This document shows, piece after piece, positions 8,244-17,400 of a stretch of 64,000 bases of DNA. Each line of letters begins with the position of its first letter. Position 1 is the stretch's first letter. This stretch comes from a virus, in IMG/VR virus record IMGVR_UViG_3300037140_000174, positions 1 through 64,000 of that record. The stretch is one strand, 5' to 3'. The translations under genes were made by a program, and so were the position numbers. The notes under the pieces were generated by a model. That model made no database searches. It saw only the letters and a list, made by a program, of their open reading frames with translations, and was not told the DNA's origin.

Positions 8244-9735
8244 TGAGGATAGTAAGGACCAATTTGTTCCAATAACCACAGCGTTTGGTGCTCACCATCT
8301 CCTTTGGCTTAGTTGTCTTCAAAAAGTAGAGGATGGTGCAATAAAGAGATTGATGGGTCTACTCCCACCAGGAGCAGGTAAATCGGTCTATACCTCTGTT
8401 GTGTTTCCAACCCACTTTCTTGGACGATTTCCAAGTAAGTCAGTAATTCTTACAAGTTATGGGAAGGATCTTCCAAATAAATTTGGAAGACGAGCTCGCT
8501 CAATTGTGTCTAGTCGTCAGTTTAGACGTATTTTTGATGCTACACTATCTCCAGAATCAGGTGCTGTTGATGAATGGGCATTGACTAATGGCTCAGAGTG
8601 GATGGCAGCCGGCATTTTGATGGGTATTACTGGTAATCGCGCTGATGGAGTTATTTGGGACGATTTGATTAAGGGCCGTGAACAAGCGGATTCAGATGTT
8701 ATTAGGCAAAAGACTTGGGATGCCTATATGGAAGATCTGATGACCCGCAAAAAGCCCAAAGCTTGGGAGGTGGGAGTCACGACAAGATGGCATGAAGATG
8801 ACGTTGCTGGTCGAATTCTTCCTGATAATTACGATGGTGAGTCTGGGTGGGTTCACTGCCGAGATGGCAATGATTGGTATGTGGTTTGCTTGCCTGCTGA
8901 GTGTGATCGTGCGGATGACCTTTTGGGACGAAAGATAGGCGAAATTCTTTGGCCTGAATGGTTTACTCCCGCTCACTTTGCACCATTTAAGAAGCAGGCA
9001 CGAACTTGGTCAGCGTTGTTTCAGCAAAGGCCAGCCCCTGATGCTGGTGACTTCTTCCAGGCAGAATGGTTGAAGTCCTATGGATTTGATCAGAAGCAAC
9101 AGCTCCCACCCCGTGAAGCCCTTAACGTGTATGGGGCGAGTGATTACGCGGTTACGGCTAATGGGGGCGACTATACTGTTCATATTGTTGTCGGGGTTGA
9201 TTCTCAGCAGCGTATTTTTGTTCTTGATCTTTGGCGTGCTCAAACAACTTCTGCACAATGGATTGATGCGTTTTGTGACTTGGTTCTTAAATGGCGTCCA
9301 TTGGGGTGGGCGGAAGAAACTGGCCAAATCAAAGCTGCAGTTGGTCCATTCCTCACACAAAGAATGAGGGAACGTCATGCCTATGTGGTTCGGGCTTCTT
9401 TTCCTACCCGTGGTGATAAGCGAACTAGGGCTCAGTCTATACGCGGACGCATGGAGATGGATGGTCTTTACGTGCCCATTCATGCCTCCTGGTATCCAGC
9501 TTTCAGAAAAGAAATCCTGACCTTTGATGCTGGCCGCAATGACGATCAAGTTGATGCGTTGGGTCTGATCGGTCAGGTTTTAGATAAAATGATTCGCGGG
9601 AAGCAGGTAGTTGTTGAACTAGCGAAGCCTAAGGTCTTGTCAACTGATCCAAGATCATGCACAGTGACTCTTGATGATTTATTTAGTGCCAACGAACACA
9701 AAAGAAGCAAATATAGTGTTCCTAGGATACATTGA
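8074..9735 (+). CDS. terL: Terminase large subunit
   Basis: Walker A PPGAGKS, ITGNRAD..WDDLIKG, TRWHEDDVAG, nuclease ASDYA..GDYT and NDDQVDA. Confidence 0.95.
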   Translation: MANPPKLLVRNSTSELLKLSSELKNLQGERQKRLRAKNDLIIYASVIEIPGAPQSIDEDSKDQFVPITTAFGAHHLLWLSCLQKVEDGAIKRLMGLLPPGAGKSVYTSVVFPTHFLGRFPSKSVILTSYGKDLPNKFGRRARSIVSSRQFRRIFDATLSPESGAVDEWALTNGSEWMAAGILMGITGNRADGVIWDDLIKGREQADSDVIRQKTWDAYMEDLMTRKKPKAWEVGVTTRWHEDDVAGRILPDNYDGESGWVHCRDGNDWYVVCLPAECDRADDLLGRKIGEILWPEWFTPAHFAPFKKQARTWSALFQQRPAPDAGDFFQAEWLKSYGFDQKQQLPPREALNVYGASDYAVTANGGDYTVHIVVGVDSQQRIFVLDLWRAQTTSAQWIDAFCDLVLKWRPLGWAEETGQIKAAVGPFLTQRMRERHAYVVRASFPTRGDKRTRAQSIRGRMEMDGLYVPIHASWYPAFRKEILTFDAGRNDDQVDALGLIGQVLDKMIRGKQVVVELAKPKVLSTDPRSCTVTLDDLFSANEHKRSKYSVPRIH

Positions 9736-12407
9736 TGAACGAGCCTGAGGTTGATGAGCTCGCTGGACCTGATGGTGGTAACGAAGGTCGTCGTTTAGCC
9801 AACCATTGGAAAACTCAGCTAGAAGCGATAAAAGATAATAGTCAATTCAAACGCTGGAACAAGCGTGGGAGTGATATTGTCAAAAGGTATCGTGACGAAC
9901 GAACTAGAGACGAAGACGATGGTCAACGTCACTACAATTCGCTTTGGTCAAACGTAGAGATCCTGAAGCCAGCCCTGTATGGCAAGATACCGTTGCCAGT
10001 TGTTGAGCGGCGTTTCAAGGATAAAGACCCTGCCGGGCGCAATGCGTCTCAAATGCTTGAGCGGGCACTTCGCAATGAAATTGAAATCTGCGGCTTTAAC
10101 GATTCACTCAATGCGGCAGTAAGCGACTATCTCCTGCCTGGGCGTGGGGTGGTTTGGGTTCGTTATGAGCCCAAGATTGAGGAAAGCGTTTCACTTCCGC
10201 TTGAGCCTCAAGTTGATATGAAGGATGCTCAAGGCACTATTCAAGGGCTTGATACAACTAGGGACGATGCTGAGCCTGATGAGGGTGATACTGAATTAAC
10301 CCCTGGTGGCCGCACCCGCATGAAGCTGCGGGAGGATACAGACCAGTCTGACCCTGATGAGCAGCCTGAAGAGGATGTAGAACTAAGCGAACAGAAACTG
10401 GTTGATACTGGAGATAGGATCCTAAGGGAATCAACCCCGGTTGATTACATTCCCTGGGAAGACTTCTTCACGTTCCCAGTCCGCGCCCGCTCTTGGACTG
10501 AAGTGACGGCCATTGCAAAGCGCGTTTATATGTCGCGTCAGCAAATGATCCGCCGCTTCGGTAAGGTCATTGGTAAGAAGATTCCGCTTCAAAAGGACGA
10601 TAGAGGGGATAGAACCCAAAACACGACCCTTCAGGCTGCTGAGCAGGATAAGGGTCAGGTTATGGAGATCTGGTCCAAGGACGACGAGACGGTCTATTGG
10701 ATCGCTGAAGGGTATGAGTATCTTTGTGATCGCAGGGATGATCCACTTGGGCTTGAGAACTTCTGGCCGGTTCCGAAGCCGCTTTTTGCCAATCCGACGA
10801 ACAACACCATAATTCCTGTTCCTGATTACATTCAGTATCAGGATCAGGCTGTTCAAATTGACGAGCTTACTCAGCGTGTCGCGATGCTGACCAAAGCTTG
10901 TAAGATGGCCGGCGTGTATAACGCTGCGGCTAAGGATATTCAGCGTCTTTTCAATGAGTCGGTAGAGAACGAGTTGATCCCAGTTGATGATTGGGCAGCC
11001 TTTGCTGAGAAGGGGGGTGTTGAAGGTAACTGGAGCTTGATGCCGGTTGCTGAGATCATTCAGATCGTCAACGAGCTTATGCTGGCTAAGCAGAAGCAAA
11101 TTGAGGAGATGGATAGGCTTACTGGCATTAACGATATCATGCGCGGAACTAGCGATGCTCGTGAGACTTTGGGTGGTGTCCGCTTGAAGTCGAACAGTGC
11201 TGGTACACGTTTGACCAGCAGGCAGAACGAAGTGGCGCGATTTGCGCGTGATACTCTGCGTATCATGGCAGATATTATGTCGCAGCATTTCAGCCATCAA
11301 AGCTTGATTGAGGTTTCAGGGGCTCTTTATGAGGAAGGGCTTGGTCCTGATGATATGCCGTCCTTGTCGGCACCTACAGCACCGCCTCAAATGGGGGCTC
11401 AACCACATCCTCCAATGGCCACTGGGGCTCCAATGCCTCAAGGAGCGCCTCCTCAAGGGATGCCTCAGCCTGGGATGCCCCAGCCGGGGCCAATGGGGGC
11501 TCCCCCTCCCCCGCAAATGGGTGGAAATGTAGTGCCCTTCAGGGGTCCAGTACCCCCAGGAGCCCCGCCTGCTCCCATGGGGGCACCCCCTCAGCCTGGG
11601 ATGGCACCGGGAATGCCCCCTGGTGGGCCTATGATGCCCCCTGGTCCGCCTCAGTCCGTCATACCTCCTGAGGTACAGGCCAAAATCGACGCACTCACAC
11701 GCATTGCAAAGGCAATTTCACTGCTTCGAAATGAGCAGTTGCGTGGATTCCGCGTGGATATTGAAGTTGATTCCACAATTTATGGCGATCAGGCTCAAGA
11801 TAAGCAAGATCGCACTCAGTTTGTGGTAGCGACTACTCAATATCTTCAGCAAGCAGCCATGCTTGGCGCACAAATGCCGGAAATGGTTCCACTTTTGGGT
11901 AAGATGCTTCAGTTTGCTGCTCGTGGTCACCGCATTGGCCGTGATCTTGAGCTTGCAATTGAGGAATTTACCGATCAAGCAACCATTATCGCTAAGCAAA
12001 ATCAGATAAAGGCTCAGACTACTCCGAATCCTGAGCAGCAGAAGATGCAAATGGAGCAGCAAAAGACGAATGCTCAGCTTCAGATTGCGAATATTAATGC
12101 CCAAACTGAAAAGGCGCGTGGTCAGTCGGAAATTCAGTCTAATCAGTTGAAGAATGCTTCGGAGCAGCATCAGGCACAAGCTGAAGTGCAGCGTCAGGCA
12201 GTTGAGAATGCTGGAAATCAGGCGAATGCTCAGGCTGAGATGGCGAAAGCCAATGCAGATCAGGAAATGATGCAAACCCAGCGGCAGATTGAGCTTATTA
12301 AGCTTCAGATTGAGCTTAAGAAGCTTGAAGCAGCTTCATCCAATGCTGAAAAGGCCGATACTATGGCTGATAGGGCTGCAAATCCACCGGAAGCTGCTTC
12401 GGCATGA
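9732..12407 (+). CDS. Portal protein (podovirus type) with Pro/Gly/Met-rich insertion and Gln-rich C-terminal coiled coil
   Basis: Follows terL; NSLWSNVEILKPALY, TGINDIMRG, FRVDIEVDST motifs; long Q/A-rich helical tail. Confidence 0.9.
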   Translation: MMNEPEVDELAGPDGGNEGRRLANHWKTQLEAIKDNSQFKRWNKRGSDIVKRYRDERTRDEDDGQRHYNSLWSNVEILKPALYGKIPLPVVERRFKDKDPAGRNASQMLERALRNEIEICGFNDSLNAAVSDYLLPGRGVVWVRYEPKIEESVSLPLEPQVDMKDAQGTIQGLDTTRDDAEPDEGDTELTPGGRTRMKLREDTDQSDPDEQPEEDVELSEQKLVDTGDRILRESTPVDYIPWEDFFTFPVRARSWTEVTAIAKRVYMSRQQMIRRFGKVIGKKIPLQKDDRGDRTQNTTLQAAEQDKGQVMEIWSKDDETVYWIAEGYEYLCDRRDDPLGLENFWPVPKPLFANPTNNTIIPVPDYIQYQDQAVQIDELTQRVAMLTKACKMAGVYNAAAKDIQRLFNESVENELIPVDDWAAFAEKGGVEGNWSLMPVAEIIQIVNELMLAKQKQIEEMDRLTGINDIMRGTSDARETLGGVRLKSNSAGTRLTSRQNEVARFARDTLRIMADIMSQHFSHQSLIEVSGALYEEGLGPDDMPSLSAPTAPPQMGAQPHPPMATGAPMPQGAPPQGMPQPGMPQPGPMGAPPPPQMGGNVVPFRGPVPPGAPPAPMGAPPQPGMAPGMPPGGPMMPPGPPQSVIPPEVQAKIDALTRIAKAISLLRNEQLRGFRVDIEVDSTIYGDQAQDKQDRTQFVVATTQYLQQAAMLGAQMPEMVPLLGKMLQFAARGHRIGRDLELAIEEFTDQATIIAKQNQIKAQTTPNPEQQKMQMEQQKTNAQLQIANINAQTEKARGQSEIQSNQLKNASEQHQAQAEVQRQAVENAGNQANAQAEMAKANADQEMMQTQRQIELIKLQIELKKLEAASSNAEKADTMADRAANPPEAASA

Positions 12408-12571
12408 GGAAACGCATAAGGCGTGGGCGGAAAGCTAAGAAGCCGTCACCAATAAGGGATAATCGCCCAGGTTCTGTTTGGCTTAAAAAGAGGAAATCAG
12501 ATGCGATTAGTTTACCGACCAGGCCACCCCAGCGCGAACGAGAACGGCTTGGTGGATGTCAGCCAAATTGA
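12404..12571 (+). CDS. Possible small basic peptide (55 aa)
   Basis: ATGA overlap with the portal stop; MRKRIRRGRKAKK...; fills the gap but overlaps the next gene. Confidence 0.3.
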   Translation: MRKRIRRGRKAKKPSPIRDNRPGSVWLKKRKSDAISLPTRPPQRERERLGGCQPN

Positions 12572-12833
12572 TCACTTTGGGGACGATGCTCGCTTCTACG
12601 TCATAAGTGATACTATGGATCCGCTTCGACACATGGCTAATGGGAAGCATTACACTTCCAAACGGGAATTCAGGGAAGCTACCAAAGCCGCAGGCTGCGT
12701 TGAGTATGGCTCAGAGACAGCACATTTACTTAAGCCAAGGGTGCCTGTAAAACTGGATCGCAATAAACGGCGTGAGGATATTAGGAGAACTATCTATGAT
12801 ATTAGGAATGGTATCCGCAGAGAGAATGAATGA
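12501..12833 (+). CDS. Hypothetical phage protein
   Basis: AGAGG SD; GKHYTSKREFRE...GCVEYG. Confidence 0.7.
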   Translation: MRLVYRPGHPSANENGLVDVSQIDHFGDDARFYVISDTMDPLRHMANGKHYTSKREFREATKAAGCVEYGSETAHLLKPRVPVKLDRNKRREDIRRTIYDIRNGIRRENE

Positions 12834-13326
12834 ATTGTACGAAATTGATTTAGTCAAAGGTGAGTTTTATCACAAGAGGTCAGTTGGATGTGCTGTAATG
12901 GGGAGTAGGGCCGGATACTCCCTTGATGGGGGGTATAGGATTTTGAGTATAGATAGAAAAGATTATTTTGAGCATAACTTAATTTGGTTCCTTACACGTG
13001 GGTCCTGGCCTCCTAAGGGTAAAGAAGTAGATCATAAGAATAGGATCAAATCAGATAGTTCTCCAAATAATTTAAGATTGGCTTCAAGGAGTCAAAATTG
13101 TGCAAATAGTGGTGTAAGAAAAGATAATAAATGTGGTCATCGGGGAGTTCATTTTAATAAAGAGAAACAGAAATACGCGGTTCAAATAACCAAAGATAAA
13201 AAGGTGTATTCTTTGGGTTATTTTAAAGAACTTTCAGTAGCAGCGAAAATAGCACAAGAAGCAAGGATCCGGCTCTTTGGTGAGTTTGCAGAAGAGCCAA
13301 TTCAGGCAGGAGGCCCTAATGGCTGA
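12826..13326 (+). mobile_element. Free-standing HNH homing endonuclease with AP2-like domain
   Basis: EVDHKNRIKSDSSPNNLRLASRSQN (HNH) and RGVHFNKEKQKYAVQI..LGYF (AP2); AT-rich relative to flanks. Confidence 0.85.
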
Positions 13327-13609
13327 TTTGGTTCCCTCTCAACAAGGCGCTTTGTCTCAACAGATGGCCCAAGCCTTGATGGCTGGTGGCAACGATCCAA
13401 TGCAGCAAGCTCTTAATACACCGTATGGGCAGCAAGGGGCTCAAACTCAGCTTCCAATGCAGGGTGGAAGCATGATGATGCAAAGGCCCCCCGGAATGCA
13501 AATGCCAATGAACCCCAACATGAAAGATCAATCACGGTTCATGTCGCATCAATACCCACCGTCAATGCTTGGTGTTAGTCCTCCATCACTGGGGCCTAAT
13601 TTTAGGTAG
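13319..13609 (+). CDS. Met/Gln/Pro-rich small protein
   Basis: AGGAGG SD before ATG 13319; low complexity. Confidence 0.65.
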   Translation: MADLVPSQQGALSQQMAQALMAGGNDPMQQALNTPYGQQGAQTQLPMQGGSMMMQRPPGMQMPMNPNMKDQSRFMSHQYPPSMLGVSPPSLGPNFR

Positions 13610-13691
13610 GATTGCTAACGAGTTCTAGAACTGTTAAGAGTGAAACAAGAGCAAATGGTCCGCACCCGCCGACCGCAAATGGAGAGTGTTT

Positions 13692-14999
13692 ATGTTGACT
13701 GATAAATGGCTTCGTACCACTTACCTCACTGCACCCGAAGGCGTTGTTGGAAATGAAGGGGGTGATGCTGGGGGTGATGCTGGTGGTGCACCGCCCCTCG
13801 ATATTGGTGTAGACCATCCAGTTAGTGATGGGCCTGGGAGTGGGCGATCCACAATTAGGAAGCAGCTTGAGGGGGAATTTGAGAAGGATCGTAAGCGCAG
13901 TGCTGCTCCGGCTAGGAAGGGGCGTGTTGCTCAGGGCGCGGCCCGGCTTGAGGACGAACCTGAAGAGCCGAAGGATCCTGGAACTGAAGCTCCAGTAGAA
14001 CCGGCCGCCCCTGTTGTTGCAGAATCAAAGCTGGCCCCGCCTGAAGGCTTCTCTAAGGAAGCGAAGGCTGAATGGGAAAAAACCCCGGCTCAGGTGCAAC
14101 AGGCTATCCTTAAGCGTGAACAGGATATGTCTAAGGGGGTTGAGGAGCTGAAGAAGCGTTATACTGACATTGACCAAGCTCTAACCCCTCGGATGGATGT
14201 AATCCGGAAGCATGGGCATACCCCTGGTCAGGCGATACATCAGCTTTTCTCTTGGTTTGAGGCGTTATCTCAAGATCCGGTCAGGTTGAAGAGCGGTCAG
14301 GCTCCAGTTGCGTTGGAAGCATTGGCCAAATCTTTTGGTATTGATCTTAGAGCAATTTACACTCCTCAGCAGCAAGCTGAGAAGCCGAAGGAAGTTGCAC
14401 AAGAACCGGGTAAGGATGGGCAACCGGCTGGTGCTGTGCCCCCGCAAGTACAAGCTTATATCGACAGCATGAAGGAGCAGCTTGCTCAGTTTGGGCAGGC
14501 AGTTCAGCAGCGGTTCGGTTCGATTGAGAACACGTTCCAGAGACAGTCGCAGGCACAAACTCAGGAGATGCTCGATTCTTGGTCCAAGGATAAGCCATAT
14601 TTTGAGGACGTTCGTGGCATGATGGCTCATTTGATTACACCGGGGCCAGCTTCTGCTATGTACCCTCAGGGTTCGCCCCCGGCCGTGCCCCCTCTGGCAA
14701 ACGGATCAGCAGATCTTGACACGGCCTACGATATGGCTATTAATGCGATGCCAGCAGTCCGGCAAAAGGTACGCCAGGAAGAGCTGACAAAGATTGAAGC
14801 CGATCGAGTTGCTAAGGAGCAGAAGGAGAAAAAGGCTCAACAGGAAGCCGCTGACAAGGCCCGCAAGGCAAGTGGCAGTTTGAGTCTTACAGCTCCCGGT
14901 GCCCCGGTCACTCCACAGAAGGGACCGAAGCAACGCAAGTCGGTTGGTGATAGCCTTAGGGAAGCTATTGCTGAGCATTCCAAAGGCAGCAGAATATGA
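13692..14999 (+). CDS. Capsid scaffolding protein (putative)
   Basis: Between portal and capsid genes; acidic disordered N-terminus, APPEGFSKEAKAEW, helical, C-terminal SVGDSLREAI. Confidence 0.8.
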   Translation: MLTDKWLRTTYLTAPEGVVGNEGGDAGGDAGGAPPLDIGVDHPVSDGPGSGRSTIRKQLEGEFEKDRKRSAAPARKGRVAQGAARLEDEPEEPKDPGTEAPVEPAAPVVAESKLAPPEGFSKEAKAEWEKTPAQVQQAILKREQDMSKGVEELKKRYTDIDQALTPRMDVIRKHGHTPGQAIHQLFSWFEALSQDPVRLKSGQAPVALEALAKSFGIDLRAIYTPQQQAEKPKEVAQEPGKDGQPAGAVPPQVQAYIDSMKEQLAQFGQAVQQRFGSIENTFQRQSQAQTQEMLDSWSKDKPYFEDVRGMMAHLITPGPASAMYPQGSPPAVPPLANGSADLDTAYDMAINAMPAVRQKVRQEELTKIEADRVAKEQKEKKAQQEAADKARKASGSLSLTAPGAPVTPQKGPKQRKSVGDSLREAIAEHSKGSRI

Positions 15000-15001
15000 G
15001 G

Positions 15002-15142
15002 CCCGTATCGATCACGGGAGCCACACAGGGCTGAAGCATCGAGCAACGTGGCATAAGCATCCACCAGCGTCAGTAGCTCTAGGCATACAAGCCAGAGCGA
15101 ACAGCGCAAAAGGGATGGTGCTGCACTCAACGCAATCGCTGG
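15002..15142 (+). ncRNA. Candidate structured leader RNA upstream of the major capsid gene
   Basis: Stems CCCGT/ACGGG, GCCAC/GTGGC, and CCAGCG/CGCTGG enclosing GCTCT-GGC/GCC-AGAGC and CAGCGC/GTGCTG. Confidence 0.4.
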
Positions 15143-15164
15143 GAAAGTTAAAAGGGGACCTTAA

Positions 15165-16199
15165 ATGGCTTCGTTTCCCAATCTGAGTGAAATTGTCACG
15201 ACTACCCTGCGTAATCGCACGGGTGAGCTCGCTGATAATATGAGTCGTAATAACGCGGCTCTGCTTCGACTTACTCGACGCGGTAACCTGAAGACGTTCT
15301 CAGGTGGCCGCACAATCGTCCAAGAACTTAACTACGCTGATAACCAGACCTTCCAGTGGTACAGTGGTTACCAGACGCTGAACATTTCCCCTTCTCAGGT
15401 GTTCTCGGCTGCTGAATACCCGATCCGTCAGGCGGCTGTTGCCGTTTCGATCAGCGGGTTGGAAGAGCTTCAGAACTCTGGTGAAGAGGCGATCATCGAT
15501 CTGCTTGAAAGCCGCATTATGAACGCTGAAGACACGTTCATGAACGGCCTTTCTCAGGGCATCTATGGTGATGGTACTGTCACCAACTCTGTTGGTGGCC
15601 TCCAGTTGCTTGTTGCCTCAAGCCCGACGACCGGCGTGGTTGGCGGTATTGATCGCAGCCAGTGGCAGTTTTGGAGGAACCAGACCTGGTCGGCTGCGAC
15701 GAACGGCTCTACCGTTCTGAGCTCTGCCAGCATCCTTCAACAGATGGATGCCCTCTGGGTGCAGTTGGTTCGTGGCCGTGACTATCCGGACCTGATCGTG
15801 ATGGATAACGTCATGTATCGGTATTACCTCAGTGCGCTGCAAGCTATTCAGCGTATTGGGCCGGAAGGCACGCCCCCCGATCTGGCTGAGGCTGGGTTCC
15901 AGTCCCTGAAGTACCTGAACGCAGATTGTGTTCTGGATGGTGGCTTCCAGGGGTTCAGCACTGACCCGCTGCCCGCACAAACGTCTACGTCTTCCTCTGC
16001 CGTTGGTGGTGCTCCGTCGACCACTGGGTACTTCCTCAATACGAAGTACCTGCATTGGCGTCCGCACTCCCGCCGTAACATGGTTCCGCTTGACCCGGAT
16101 CGTTTCTCGGTCAACCAGGATGCCATGATCCGGTTGATCGGATGGGCTGGGAATATGACCATTTCGAACGCATTTTTGCAGGGAGTTCTCACCTCGTAA
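15165..16199 (+). CDS. Major capsid protein
   Basis: 344 aa after the scaffold; LADN..NN.LL.RL, SGG.TI..EL.Y, SISGLEELQNSGEEAIIDLLESRI, GGIDRS..FWRNQ; strongly biased codons. Confidence 0.92.
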   Translation: MASFPNLSEIVTTTLRNRTGELADNMSRNNAALLRLTRRGNLKTFSGGRTIVQELNYADNQTFQWYSGYQTLNISPSQVFSAAEYPIRQAAVAVSISGLEELQNSGEEAIIDLLESRIMNAEDTFMNGLSQGIYGDGTVTNSVGGLQLLVASSPTTGVVGGIDRSQWQFWRNQTWSAATNGSTVLSSASILQQMDALWVQLVRGRDYPDLIVMDNVMYRYYLSALQAIQRIGPEGTPPDLAEAGFQSLKYLNADCVLDGGFQGFSTDPLPAQTSTSSSAVGGAPSTTGYFLNTKYLHWRPHSRRNMVPLDPDRFSVNQDAMIRLIGWAGNMTISNAFLQGVLTS

Positions 16200-16227
16200 T
16201 AGGTGAAACAGAAAAGGAGGACTGCAA

Positions 16228-16596
16228 ATGCCTACTCGTGAAGATTTGGTTGGGCTTGGTATTCCGTCTGGGCCTGCTTCCCTGCTCGGTAATAGCCCTC
16301 AAGCTATTAACGGGGCTGGGACTACTCAGGCCACTGCTACGCCCATCTTGACGACACTGTGCAGTATTACTGCGGCTGGTGGTGCCACGGGTGGAATTCT
16401 TCTCGCTGACGCCAAGCTTGGTACTCCTTACTACGTGACTTCGGTAAGTGGTACCGCTGCTAAGATTTGGCCCCCGGTTGGTCATTATCTTAATGGTTCG
16501 CTGAATACTGGTGTTACGTTTTCCGCTGCTACTGCATCTGGCATCTTTATCCAGATGTCTTCGAAGCAGTGGTTCACGATCCCGCTGGCTCCGTAA
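16228..16596 (+). CDS. Minor capsid/decoration protein (putative)
   Basis: AAGGAGG SD; Thr/Ala/Gly-rich; directly after the capsid gene. Confidence 0.65.
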   Translation: MPTREDLVGLGIPSGPASLLGNSPQAINGAGTTQATATPILTTLCSITAAGGATGGILLADAKLGTPYYVTSVSGTAAKIWPPVGHYLNGSLNTGVTFSAATASGIFIQMSSKQWFTIPLAP

Positions 16597-16730
16597 GCCA
16601 GTGAATGAACACCCTTCCCCGCAAACCAATGTGGGGAAGGGTAGGTTGCTGGGCAGGGTGAAACCAATCACCAATCTGCTTGGCCGCAGCGGATACCTCA
16701 AGGTCCGCCCTGGTAAGGGTTTTAACCTTA
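16597..16730 (+). ncRNA. Multi-hairpin intergenic element with two identical AACCAA loops
   Basis: 13-bp stem 16611-16642 and stem 16657-16672 both loop AACCAA; two further hairpins at ~16689-16708 and ~16714-16730. Confidence 0.5.
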
Positions 16731-16743
16731 GAGGAGTGGTCTA

Positions 16744-17340
16744 ATGACCCAGCCTACCAACTATACGACCGACTCAGCAGTAGGTGTAGACTTTAATCAG
16801 GTCTATACCGTTTCTGCGTCGGCTACTCCGGAGACCCCGGCACCGCCGTTCCTGATTGGGACGACCCTGATTGGCTTCTTTGGGGCTGAGTACATCTTCG
16901 TGCAAGCATCGACGTCGATCTCTGCGAACGACTTCATTGCGATCACGGGGGCTAATCAGGCAAACTCGCTGACCAATACCAACGTGGAAGCCACTGGTGG
17001 TGTTCGCATTGGTGTTGCTCCGGGTGCGCCGGTTGTGACTTCGACAGGTATTGCTGCTCAGGCTTACTTCTGGGCTGCCCTGAACGGGTCTCAGCTTGCT
17101 GCAAACGGTGTGGCGGCGTCTACCACGAGCAACGTCCAGCTCTATACCACTGCTGTTGCTGGTGTGGTTTCGTCCGTCACGGGTTCGTCTGGTGTTCCGC
17201 TTGGTGGCGTTATCTTGACGGCATCAGCCACTGCCAATCCTCAGACCTTCGAACTGAGTTGGCCGCGTCTGGTGGCGATCATCAACACCTCGGTTCAGTA
17301 CGTTGGACCGTTCTTTGGTGTCAATGCGCAGAACCCGTAA
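16744..17340 (+). CDS. Capsid decoration/cement-like protein (putative)
   Basis: GAGGAG SD; G.EYIFVQA and QAYFWA motifs; Ser/Thr-rich; same transcription unit as the capsid gene. Confidence 0.65.
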   Translation: MTQPTNYTTDSAVGVDFNQVYTVSASATPETPAPPFLIGTTLIGFFGAEYIFVQASTSISANDFIAITGANQANSLTNTNVEATGGVRIGVAPGAPVVTSTGIAAQAYFWAALNGSQLAANGVAASTTSNVQLYTTAVAGVVSSVTGSSGVPLGGVILTASATANPQTFELSWPRLVAIINTSVQYVGPFFGVNAQNP

Positions 17341-17355
17341 GGGCTACTTCGCGAT

Positions 17356-17385
17356 GGGGGCTGGGAAACCAGCCCCCTTTTTCTT
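17356..17385 (+). terminator. Rho-independent terminator after the capsid genes
   Basis: GGGGGCTGG-GAAA-CCAGCCCCC followed by TTTTTCTT. Confidence 0.9.
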
Positions 17386-17400
17386 ATGTGAGGGCATACA

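Noticed and set aside
10431-12275. Antisense ORFs of 289 and 185 aa inside the portal
   Set aside because: Mirror of portal codon bias; no SD or motifs
14899-15186. 95-aa ORF bridging scaffold and capsid genes (and the 77-aa ORF 16511..16744)
   Set aside because: Overlap real genes, lack SD and motifs; the gaps are better explained as structured RNA
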